DNA of 64,000 bases, taken from positions 434,001 through 498,000 of the forward strand of contig CM075988.1 of NCBI GenBank assembly GCA_038087875.1, read 5' to 3'. Position 1 is the first letter of the stretch, and each line of letters begins with the position of its first letter. The notes beneath the pieces were generated by a model that worked only from the letters and a program-made list of their open reading frames with translations, did no database searches and was not told the DNA's origin. The DNA comes from Malacoraja senta. Taxonomy: Eukaryota. Below, one piece after another: positions 24,789 through 37,780 of the stretch. A program made the position numbers and the translations under genes.

Positions 24789-26299
24789 CTGAGTAAAATG
24801 TAATTCAAAACCCTCAAATGGTTCGCGATATTAATGATAAATTTAGCTTCAGAAGCGTTTTTCTTTTACATGTAAAACCCACTTGAGAACCATGGGCGAT
24901 TTAAAAATGTTACAGCCAGATTTATCACTTCTGAAACTTTTTTGATACCAAAGGAATCAAGAAAAAACACAAATAATGCCTTACTGTTGATCAAAAGCAC
25001 TGAGCAAACGCGATAGTTCCCAATACTTTCAATCTTGATATCTGCACGGCCAATGTTCGCCAACCAGTTTAGCTGTTGTCCCTTCAGCTCTCGCTTCTCT
25101 CTACCGTCATTTCTCCTCACGTTTGGAATTCTGAAGTAGGATAAATGTCTCTCGCGGTTACCCTGATTTCCACAATTATTTACAGCGCAAAAATTGACCA
25201 TTTCGGCGTTTTTTAACAGGTAAGGAAGTACGCGTCCCTTGTATTTATGGTGTATGCCGTAGGCTGTCATGTCCTCCACATGAATTGAGCTGCTCCGTGC
25301 ATCACGCCCTTTGACCCGATGACCTTACGTGCAACCCCCCTATGTAGACGATGATGTGGAGAGATAAAGAACAAGGAATAAAAGATATGCAAAAAAGTAA
25401 CGATGATAAAGGAAACAGGCCATTGTTAGCTGTTTGTTGAGTGAAAACAAGAAGCTAGTGCGACTTGGGTGGGGAGGGATGGAGAGAGAAGGAATGCCGG
25501 GGCTGCCTGAAGTGAGAGAAATCAAATCATACCATTCATATCATAAGCTGCTCAAGCAAAATATGAGATGCTGTTCCTCCAATTAGCGTTTAGCGCCATT
25601 GACAGTGGAGGAGACCTAGATCAGAAAAGTCTGTGTAGGAATGAAGAAGTGTCCAGCAACCGGGAGATCAGGTTGGTTCAGGCGGGCTGAGAGAAGGTGT
25701 TCAGCGAAATGTTCGCCCAGTCTGCGTTTGGTCTCGTTGATGTATAAAAGACCATATCGTGAACAACGGATACAGTAGATGAGGTTGGAGGAGGTGCACG
25801 TGAACCTCTGCCTAACCTGAAAGTCCCTGTGCAGAGTCGAGGGAGGAGGTAAAGCACAAGGGTTGCATCTACGGTAGCAGCGGAAAGTACCTGGGGAGAG
25901 GGTGGTTTGGGTGGGAAGGGACGAGTTAACCAGGGAGTTGCGGAGGGAAAAGTTTCTGCGGAAGGCGGAAAAGAGTGGACATGGGAAAATGTGGCTAGTG
26001 GTTGGATCCCGTTGGAGGTGGCAGAAATGTCTGAGTTGTAGACTGAGATGTGTTGTATGCGACGGCTTATGGGATGGAAGGTAAGGCCTATTGGGGACTG
26101 TCTCTGTTGTGACTAGGGGGGGGGGAGCAAGGGCAGAGCTGCGGGGTACCGAGGAGACCCGAGTGAGCGCCTCATCTATGATGGGAGACGGAAACCTCCG
26201 TTCCCTAAAGAATGAGGACATCTCGGCTGTCAATCAGCCATGATTGAATGGCAGAGTAGACTTGATGGGATGAATGGCCTAATTCTGCCCCGGGGACTA

Positions 26300-26813
26300 G
26301 GCTGGGGATGCAACCTGGGCCTTTCCTGCTGCCTCTGCAGCCGACAGTGGGCTCAGGCCCGGGTACACGCTCCCTCTCTCTCCCTGAGATCGATGAGTTT
26401 ATGGGGCAGGGGTACAACAAGGAGTAGGCCGGAGATGGAACCTCAACCTCGATTGGAGGGGGGGAGTAGATGCAGCCTGGGCTTTTCCCGCTGCCTTAGG
26501 GTCCCGGGAGTGTGCACGAAGGCCCAGGTACACTCTCCCTCTCCCCCAACAGAATGTCGAATTTATGGGGCAAGATTATATCGAGGAGTGAGCCGGGGAT
26601 GCAACCTGGGCCTTTCCTGCTGCCTGCCACCCTGTGACTGGGCACAGAGTGCCGGGTACTCTCTCTCCCCGTACAGATCGATGAGCATGGGGCAAGATCA
26701 CAACGAGTAGGCCAAGGATGGAGCCTGGGCCCTGTCTGTGGGTGAGGGATGCAGCCTGGGCCTTTCCTGTTTGCTCAGACCCCGTGACTGGGTACATTCT
26801 CCCCCTCTCACAG
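26300..26813 (+). repeat. Three degenerate tandem copies of the exon-2 acceptor plus first 30-36 nt of the exon
   Basis: AG|ATCGATGAGTTTATGGGGCAG-like units start at 26389, 26553 and 26677, each preceded by gatgca.cctgggc.ttt and a pyrimidine tract. Confidence 0.85.
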
Positions 26814-26949
26814 ATCGATGAGTTTATGGGGCAGGATTACAACGAGGAGGAAGAGGAGCGGCGATATTACCGGCGGAAACGTCTAGCCACCGTCAGGAAC
26901 CTGGTCTGTGCCAGCCTGGCCAGTATGCTGATCTACGCAGTCTACCTGG
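26814..26949 (+). CDS. UNC93B1: UNC93B1 coding exon 2
   Basis: IDEFMGQDYNEEEEERRYYRRKRL...YAVYL; cag| acceptor, G|GT donor, phase 0 to 1. Confidence 0.95.
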
Positions 26950-26974
26950 GTGCGACGTTCCCCTCTCGTCACCC

Positions 26975-27355
26975 CCTCTCTCTCCCCAGTCTCCCACCTC
27001 TCTCCCCCAGTCTCTCTCTCTTCCCCCCCAGTCTCTCTCTCCCCCCTCCCCCTCAGTCTCTCTCCCCCCCAGTCTCTCTCTCTCCCCCCCAGTCTCTCTC
27101 TCCCCTCCACTCTCTCTCTCTCCCCCCCCCCAGTCTCTCTCTCCCCCTCAGTCTCTCTCTCTCTCCCCCAGTCTCTCTCTCTCCCCCCCTCAGTCTCTCT
27201 CTCTCTCCCCCCCAGTCTCTCTCTCCCTCCCCCAGTCTCTCTCTCTCTCCCCCTCAGTCTCTCTCTCCCTCCCCCAGTCTCTCTCTCTCTCCCCCCTCAG
27301 TCTCTCTCTCTCCCCCCCAGTCTTGTTCTCTCCCCCAGTCTCTCTCTCTTCCCCA
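26975..27355. repeat. (cagtctctctctccccc)n CT-rich minisatellite
   Basis: Directly visible. Confidence 0.85.
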
Positions 27356-27449
27356 GTGTCTTTCCCCATCTCCACCCACCCCTCCCTCCCCCACGACTCT
27401 CCCAGTTCAATTCAGATTAGTTTAATTTATTGTCATGTCAGAGTCATGG

Positions 27450-28670
27450 AGTGACAGAGCGTGGAAACAGGCCCTTCGGCCCAACTTGCCCACACCGGCC
27501 AACGATGTCCCAGCTGCACGAGTCCCACCTGCCTGTGCTAGGTCCATATCCCTCTAAACATGTCTAACTTTCTTAAATGATGGAATAGGCCCAGCCTCAA
27601 CTACCTCCTCTGGCAGCTTGTTCCAAACACCCACCACCCTATGCGTGAAAAAAATTACCCCTCGGATTCATATTAAATCTTTTCCCCTTCACCTTGAACC
27701 AATGTCCTCTAGTCCTCGATTCCCCTGCTCTGGGCAAGAGACTGTGCCTCTACCCGATCTATCCCTCTCATGATTTTGTATACCTCTATAAGATCACCCC
27801 GCATCCTCCTGCACTCCAAGGAATAGAGACCCAGCCTACTCAACCTCTCCCTAGAGCTCACACCCTCTAGTCCTGGCAACACCCTTGTAAATCTTTTCTG
27901 AACCCTTTCAAGCTTGGCAATATCTTGCCTATAACATGGTGCCCAGAACTGGACACAATAATCAGTCTGAAGAACGGTTTCAACCCGAAATATCACCCAT
28001 TTCTTCTCTCCAGAGATGCTGCCTGCCCGTTCCCGGCTGAGTTACTCCAGCATTTTGTGTCTACCTTCTATTTAAACCAGCATCTGCAGTTCTTTCTTAC
28101 ACAATACTCTACATGCAGTCTCACCAATGTCTCATACAACTGCAACATGACCTCCCAACTTCTATACTCGTGTGTGTCGAGGTACAGTGAAAGTCTACTT
28201 TGTTGCGTGCTAACCAGCCAGTGGAAAGACTATACATGATTGCAATCGAGCCGTCCACAGTCTACAGATACAGATACAAGGTAATGTCCAGTAAAGATAG
28301 TTGAAGGGTCTCCAATGAGGTAGATGGGAGGTCAGGACCACTCTTTAGTTTGTGAGAGAATGGTTCAGTTGCCTGATAAGAGCTGTGAAGAAACTGTCCC
28401 TGAATCTGGAGGTGTGCATTTTCACACTTCTGTACCTCTTGCCAGATGGGAGAGGGGAGAAGAGGGAGTGACCAGGGTGAGACTGATCATTGATTATGCT
28501 GCTGACCTTGCCGAGGCAGCATGAAGTGTAGATGTAGTCGATGGAAGGCAGGTTGGTTTGTGTGATGGTCTTGGCTGCGTACACAACTCTCTGCGATTTC
28601 TTGCGGGGCTTGGATGGAGCTGTTCCCAAACCATGCAGTGATGTATCCCGATACAATGCTTTCTACAGCG
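27450..28670 (-). mobile_element. Old CR1 3' fragment, pLTR-type short repeat and Rex1-like 3' fragment
   Basis: YCVQFWAP..LERVQKRFTR (27709-27996); GYITAWFGN and HPGHSLFSPLPSGKRYRS (28345-28670). Confidence 0.75.
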
Positions 28671-28714
28671 CATTTGTTTGATGCCTGGGTTTCCCCACCC
28701 CCCACTTCACCCAG

Positions 28715-28868
28715 GCCTCCTCCAAATGCAACTGATCCTCCACTACGATGAGACGTACCGGGAGGTGAAGTACGGGAACATGGGTCTGCAGGACATCGAT
28801 CGCAAGATGCTGATGGGCATCAATGTCACGCCCGTGGTGGCCCTGTTGTACACACCCGTCCTCATCAG
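28715..28868 (+). CDS. UNC93B1: UNC93B1 coding exon 3
   Basis: GLLQMQLILHYDETYREVKYGNMGLQDIDRKMLMGINVTPVVALLYTPVLIR; cag| and AG|GTGAGG; phase 1 to 2. Confidence 0.97.
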
Positions 28869-29367
28869 GTGAGGTCTCATCTACATCTCTCATCTCATCT
28901 CCATCATCCCCATCTCCGTCCCCGTCTCCTTCACCATCCCCGTCTCCTTCCCAATCTCTATCCTCATCCCCATCCCCACCTCATATCCTTCTCAAATCTC
29001 AACAACGTCACGCCCGTGGTGGTCCTGTTGTACATGCCTGTCCTTATCAGGTGAGGTCTCTAATCCCATTCTCATCCTAATCTACATCTCCATCCCATCT
29101 CATCTCATCCCACCCTCATCATAATATCCCTCTCCATCTGATCCCATTTCATCTCCTTGTCAACTCATCACATCAACAGGTGGTGGCCCTGTTGCATACG
29201 GGGTTGCAGGCTCATCAGGTGAGGTCTCATCTCCATCTCCATTCTTTCTCCTCTCCCCTCCTCTCCATCTCCCCTCTTCTCCCCTTGCCCTCCCATTCCC
29301 CTCCTGCTGGTCTGACGTTTACCCTCTTACCCCCACCCTGACCTGATCTTTACCGTCTCACCCCCAG

Positions 29368-29529
29368 GTTTTTGGGGACCAAGTGGATGATGTTCTTGGC
29401 CATTGGAATCTACGCCCTCTTTGTCTCCACCAATTACTGGGAGCGTTACTACACCCTGGTCCCATCAGCAGTGGCCATTGGTGCGGTCATCGTACCACTC
29501 TGGGCGTCTGTGGGGAATTACGTTACTAG
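29368..29529 (+). CDS. UNC93B1: UNC93B1 coding exon 4
   Basis: FLGTKWMMFLAIGIYALFVSTNYWERYYTLVPSAVAIGAVIVPLWASVGNYVTR; cag| and AG|GTAC; phase 2 to 2. Confidence 0.97.
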   Translation, partial: VFGDQVDDVLGHWNLRPLCLHQLLGALLHPGPISSGHWCGHRTTLGVCGELRY

Positions 29530-30556
29530 GTACGTCCCCCCCCCCCCGCAGCCTAAATCCTCCGTACCCTCCCGTACTCTGCTCCCCGTACTCCAAACTA
29601 CTCCCTGTTCCACTGTGGGTGTCTATGGGGAACCACGTCACCAAGTACGACCCGCATCTGTACCCCTGAACCCTCATACCGCTCCCCTCCTGTACCCCAA
29701 ACCACTCTGGTCGGGTCGGGAGGGCACAGGACAGAAGATTGGGAGGGGAGGGAAGGGGACAGAAGGGGTGGGGATGGGACGGGCAGAGCTGCCAAGTAGT
29801 ACGGATTTTCCGTATTTTGTACGGCAATGCGATCAGAATACGAATGTACGGATTTGCTTTGTAAAATACGGATTTTCCTGTTTCATCTTGCTGCTTAAAA
29901 AATGCAAAGATATAAAAAGTCATACTGTACCTCTAAACATTATAGCAGATTAAATCTATTAGCATTTTAAATTTCAAGATCTGGAAGCTTTGATCTGCGT
30001 GTCCCAGTCCAGGTTTAAACAGCGCTGTCAGTTTAACGCGTGGGAATTTAAGCGAACAGCGCTATGGGTTCTAGAAATAGTGCTCCCAGCTGGAGCGTTA
30101 TTGCCTTTACATATAGCGCTATGGCCACTGTGCAATCGGTCACACACTGTTAGGAGGTAGGGAGAAGGAGAGAGGGAGTAGGATGGAGGGAGGGAATAAG
30201 AGAGGGAGGGAGAATAAAAAGGAAGGAGAGAGGGAGAAAGAGAGGAGGGTGGGAGGGAAAGAGGGAGGGAGAGAGAGAGAGAGAAAGGGAGGGTGGGGGG
30301 GAGAGGGAGGGAAAGAGCGAAGGAGGGGGAGGCTTCCAAAATGGCTTCTACATCATCATCTGGTGCTAAAAGCAGGAAGCAGCCGTTCAAACAGCAGTAT
30401 ACAAAGAGATGGCAATGAATGCACTGTCAAGTAAGATGCGTAGAAGAAATGTCAATTGGTAGCAAAGTTATGCATCCTTGTACCCTTACATGGGTGTGAC
30501 CGCACATTAAAAAAAAAAAAAAAATTAAGCAAAATGGCATCGCGTAAAAATACTGA

Positions 30557-33500
30557 TTTCAAGTTCAAGTCAAGTGAGTTTATTGTCATGTGTCCCTGAT
30601 AGGACAATTAAATTCTTGCTTTGCTTCAGCACAACAGAACATAGTAGGCATTAACTACAAAACAGATCAGTGTGTCCATATACCATTCTATAAATATAAA
30701 CACACATGAATAAATAAACTGATAAAGTGCAAATAACAGATAATGGGTTATTATTAATGTTGAGTTTTGTCCGAGCCAGGTTTAATAGCCTGATGGCTGT
30801 GGGGAAGTAATAATGATAATAATAATAATGGATGGGATTTATATAGCGCCTTTCTAATACTCAAGGCGCTTTACATCGCATTATTCATTCACTCCTCAGT
30901 CACACTCGGTGGTGGTGAGCTACTTCTGTAGCCACAGCTGCCCTGGGGCAGACTGACGGAAGCGTGGCTGCTAATCTGCGCCTACGGCCCCTCCGACCAC
31001 CACCAATCACTCACACACATTCACACACATTCACACGCAGGTAAAGGTGGGTGAAGTGTCTTGCCCAAGGACACAACGACAGTATGCACTCCAAGCGGGA
31101 TTCGAACCGGCTACCTTCCGGTTGCCAGCCGAACACTTAGCCCATTGCGCCATCTGTCGTCCAAAGTAGCTATTCCTGAACCTGGTCGTTGCAGTCTTCA
31201 GGCTCCTGTACCTTCTACCTGAAGGTAGCAGGGAGATGAGTGTGTGGCCAGGATGGTGTGGGTCCTTGATGATACTGCCAGCCTTTTTGAGGCAGCGACT
31301 GTGATAGATCCCCTCGATGGAAGGTAGGTCAGAGCCGATGATGGACTGGGCAGTGTTTACTACTTTTTGTAGTCTTTTCCTCTCCATGGTACTCAAGTTG
31401 CCGAACCAAGCCACGATGCAACCGGTCAGCATGCTCTCTACTGTGCACCTGTAGAAGTTAGAGAGAGTCCTCCTTGACAAACCGACTCTCCGTAATCTTC
31501 TCAGGAAGTAGAGGCGCTGATGTGCTTTCTTAATAATGGCATCAGTGTTCTCGGACCAGGAAAGATCTTCAGAGATGTGCACGCCCAGGAATATGAAGCT
31601 CTTGACCCTTTCAACCATCGACCCGTTGATATAAACGGGACTGTGGGTCCCCATCCTACTCCTTCCAAAGTCCACAATCAGTTCCTTGGTTTTGCTGGTG
31701 TTGAGGGCCAGGTTATTGTGCTGGCACCATATGGACAGTCACTCGATCTCTCTTCTATACTCTGACTCATCCCCATCAGTGATACGTCCCACAACAGTGG
31801 TGTCGGCAGCGAACTTGATGATGGAGTTCACACTATGTCCGGCTACGCAGTCATGAGTATAGAGTGAGTACAGCAGGGGGCTGAGCATGCAGCTTTGAGG
31901 TGCTCCCGTGCTGATTGTTATCGAGGCTGACACATTTCCACCAATACGAACAGACTGTGGTCTGTGAATGAGGAAGTCGAGGATCCAATTGCAGAGGGAT
32001 GCGCAGAGACCCAGTTCTGCGAGGTTGGTAACCAGCTTGGAGGGGATGATTGTGTTAAATGCCGAGCTGTAATCGATGAATAACAGCCTGACATATGAGT
32101 TTTTGTTGTCCAAGTGGTCCAGAGCGGAGTGGAGGGCCAGCGAGATCGCATCCACCGTTGATCTGTTGTGGCGGTAAGCGAACTGCAGTGGGTCCAGGTT
32201 TTTGTCGAGGTAGGAGTTGATTTGCTCCATGATCAACCTCTCTAAGCACTTCATCACCACGGGCGTTAGTGTCACAGGTCGATAGTCATTGAGGCACGTC
32301 ACCTTACTCTTCTTGGGCACTGGTATAATCGATGCCCTTTTAAGCCAGGTGGGGACCTCAGACCTCAGAAGTGAAAGGTTGAAAATGTCCGTAAAGACTC
32401 CAGCTAGTTGGTCCGCACAGGTTTTTAGAACACGACCGGGTATACCATCAGGTCCAGGCGCTTTTCGAGGGTTCACCCCTCTGAAGGATTTCCTGACGTC
32501 GGCCTCTGTGACTGAGACTGAAATACCATCACAGCGAATGGGGGCTCGGGAAGGCACATCGGTGTTCTCCCTATCAAAGCGTGCGTAAAACGCATTGAGC
32601 TCATCAGGGAGTGATGTTTCTGTACTGTCCTCACCTCTGGGGGTGCGCTCTTTAATTGCTGCCTGTAGGCAGGAAGAAGCAACACCGTGGTATGGTCGGA
32701 TTTACCGAAGTGAGGGCGAGGGATAGAACGATAGGCATTCTTGATGGTGGTGTAGCAGTGGTCGAGGGTGTTTGGTCCTCTGGTGCAGCAGGAGACATGT
32801 TGGTGGAAGTTAGGGAGTGATTTCTTTAGGTTTGCCTTATTGAAGTCCCTGGCTATGGTGGTGAACGCCACGGGATAAGACGTCTGGTGTTTGTTGACCA
32901 TGGCGTGCAGCTCCTCCAGTGCCAGACGGACGTCTGCCTGGGGTGGGATGTAGACCGCGGTCATGATGATGGAGGTGAATTCCCTTGGGAGGTAGAAGGG
33001 ACGACACTTCACCGCCAGATGTTCGAGGTGTGGAGAGCAGGAGTTGGACAGGACTGCCACTTCTGAGCACCACGCAGAGTTGACCATGAGGCAGACGCCC
33101 CCTCCTCTCCCTTTCCCAGATGCAAGTGTACGGTCCATACGGTGGATGGAGAAACCTTCAGGCTGGACCGCTGAGTCTGGGGAGCTGGGGGGTGAGACAT
33201 GTCTCTGTGAAACAGAACACAGAGCATTCCCTCAGCTCCCTTTGACAAAGCAGCCTTGCCCTTAAGTCCTCCACTTTATTTTCAAGGGACTGTACGTTGG
33301 CCAGTAGGATAGTAGGGAGAGGGGGTCGAAGTCCCCTGCGCTTCAGTCTGACCTGAAGTCCTGCCCGTCGGCCACGTTTCCGGACACAATGGAAGCTCCC
33401 CCTTTGTTTCCAGGTGCTGAGTTTACTGTACCTGCTGTTTCTGCGGACCTGCTCTGGAACGGGGATTCCTTCACAGACGGCAGCTCCAGCTCCGTAACGA

Positions 33501-33873
33501 ACGGGGGTTCCCTCAAAGTCGGCAGCTCCAGCTTCATTGTTCCTGGGAGATCTGGCCCTTGGGCTCTGGAGATCATCCCGGGGTTCCCAGGTACGGTACC
33601 TGGGATCCACAGTCGGGTCGGGAGTTGATCCACAGTCGGGTCGGGAGTTCCACAGCCAGCGTGGGAAAGTTTAAAGTCTGGGGCTCCCGCAGCTGCGGGA
33701 GATCGCGAAATTGCCAGCGCTTTCAGCTGCCCAAGCAGCTTGTCTGAAACGGCACCGATTACTGCCGTTTCCCTGATGCAGGTAAGTTGATAGAAGTTGT
33801 AGGTGAACCTTTTGTGTTGTGGTGCTCCGCAACAGTCGCCGCAGGCAGGCGCCATCTTGAGCATCTCCTCAGC
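30557..33873 (-). mobile_element. Rex1/Babar LINE, near full length, degenerate
   Basis: LLANVQSL, FTET, GKSDH, YRPVTL, LFIDYSSAFNTI, FAADT; TSD AAAATACTGA at 30547-30556 and 33874-33883; (cttga)n tail. Confidence 0.9.
30810..31163 (-). mobile_element. tRNA-derived SINE with L2-type 3' tail, inserted in Rex1
   Basis: A box TGGCGCAATGG, B box GGTTCGAATCC, aagcgccttgag..aaggcgctatataaat stem-loop, (tta)n tail, TSD AAGTA. Confidence 0.85.
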
Positions 33874-34074
33874 AAAATACTGAAGTGCTCTGACAAAACT
33901 TGGCAGCTTTGGACGGGAGGGAAAGAGACGGGACTGGAGGGGAGGAGGGGAGGGGACAGAACTGATGGGGACGGGGAGAGGATGAATGGGATGGGGAGGG
34001 AAGGGGACAGGTGGGGACGAGAAGGGAAGGGAGGGATTTACAACCTCTGTTAATCGTTGATGTTTCCCCTACAG

Positions 34075-34204
34075 AATGGCACAGAGGTATTATGAGTACC
34101 AGCATTACAAGGAGGGACATGTACAGGAGCAGAGGAAAGCACCAAAGGGGGCCTGTCACCCATACATCATCGTCTTCCAATCCATCTTCTACTTCATCTT
34201 CAAC
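34075..34204 (+). CDS. UNC93B1: UNC93B1 coding exon 5
   Basis: MAQRYYEYQHYKEGHVQEQRKAPKGACHPYIIVFQSIFYFIFN; cag| and |GTGAGT; phase 2 to 0. Confidence 0.95.
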
Positions 34205-34383
34205 GTGAGTCAAAATAGAGGAAGTGAGGGGGGAGGGAGAAGGAGAGAGCATGGGAGACAGAGAGGGAGGGAGGGAGGGAGGGAGGGGGGGGGGGGGGAG
34301 AGAAAAAAAATTTCTACCAAGGAATTAATGTAGAATTCTGTCAACTCAGTAGCTTCCTTTCTTGTTCTGCTGTTCATACATAA

Positions 34384-37332
<2,949 letters not shown>

Positions 37333-37780
37333 TAACTTACACAGTCCCAGTTCTAGTTCAGTTCATTAATCTGCAATTATGAGATAAGGCAAAGATTCAT
37401 CTCCAAGGAAAACTGCAAAGTGCCTGCCCTTTAGTATTGGATAGATTGAGTGGACGGTCTGTGCTGTTCCAAGTTTGCGGTGATTGTGGTGAGTTTCCCC
37501 CAGCCATCTCGCCCAGTGTACGTTGACCAGCACGGTTCACCAACCCTTGTTACAGAGGTTCTTTGTGCAGGTGTTACCCGAAGCCCAAAGGTTTTGTGGA
37601 GGTTCTGCGTTAGGATCGGGCACGCAGCGAGCTAGCAAGAGGGCTGTCAGATCAGATCAGCCCAGGTTGCCGAGTGGCCGAAGAGAGGATTTTAATGGGT
37701 CGTGATTAAACTGTTCCATCTGTGCGGCATCGCCAGCTCTCTCCCTCCCAGATCCCCCACCCCAACTGTCGACAAAGTCT

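Larger units (their letters stand above)
18727..25340. mobile_element. ISL2EU/Harbinger-related DNA transposon remnant with convergent THAP and SWIM/YqaJ-type ORF fragments
   Basis: 13-bp TIRs GGGAGGTTGCACG (18727) and CGTGCAACCCCCC (25328-25340); THAP-like MVNFCAVNNCGN...FRIP...W...RVCS on -; GIDPY..P..DIMAYL..YT..AYKSSEAYNQF..GW on +. Confidence 0.6.
18568..26232 (-). mobile_element. Penelope-like 3' fragment split by nested insertions (own sequence about 18568-18724 and 25342-26232)
   Basis: GIY-YIG remnant in ORF 25616-26233; 13-bp TSD ATCAGCCATGATT at 18555-18567 and 26233-26245. Confidence 0.85.
29784..33911. mobile_element. hAT-like MITE hosting a Rex1 insertion
   Basis: Termini CAGAGCTGCCAAGT / ACTTGGCAGCTTTG; flanking gacggg repeat as an imperfect TSD. 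Confidence 0.6.

Noticed and set aside
24866..25279. Host THAP-domain gene
   Set aside because: Zinc-ligand His is lost, the fragment lies within TIRs and is interrupted by CR1.
26950..27425. Ser/Pro/Leu-rich extension of ORF 26718-27425
   Set aside because: Intronic CT minisatellite read through past the exon-2 donor.
31090..31163. tRNA gene (also 5045-5115)
   Set aside because: The A/B boxes are SINE heads followed by SINE body and LINE tail.
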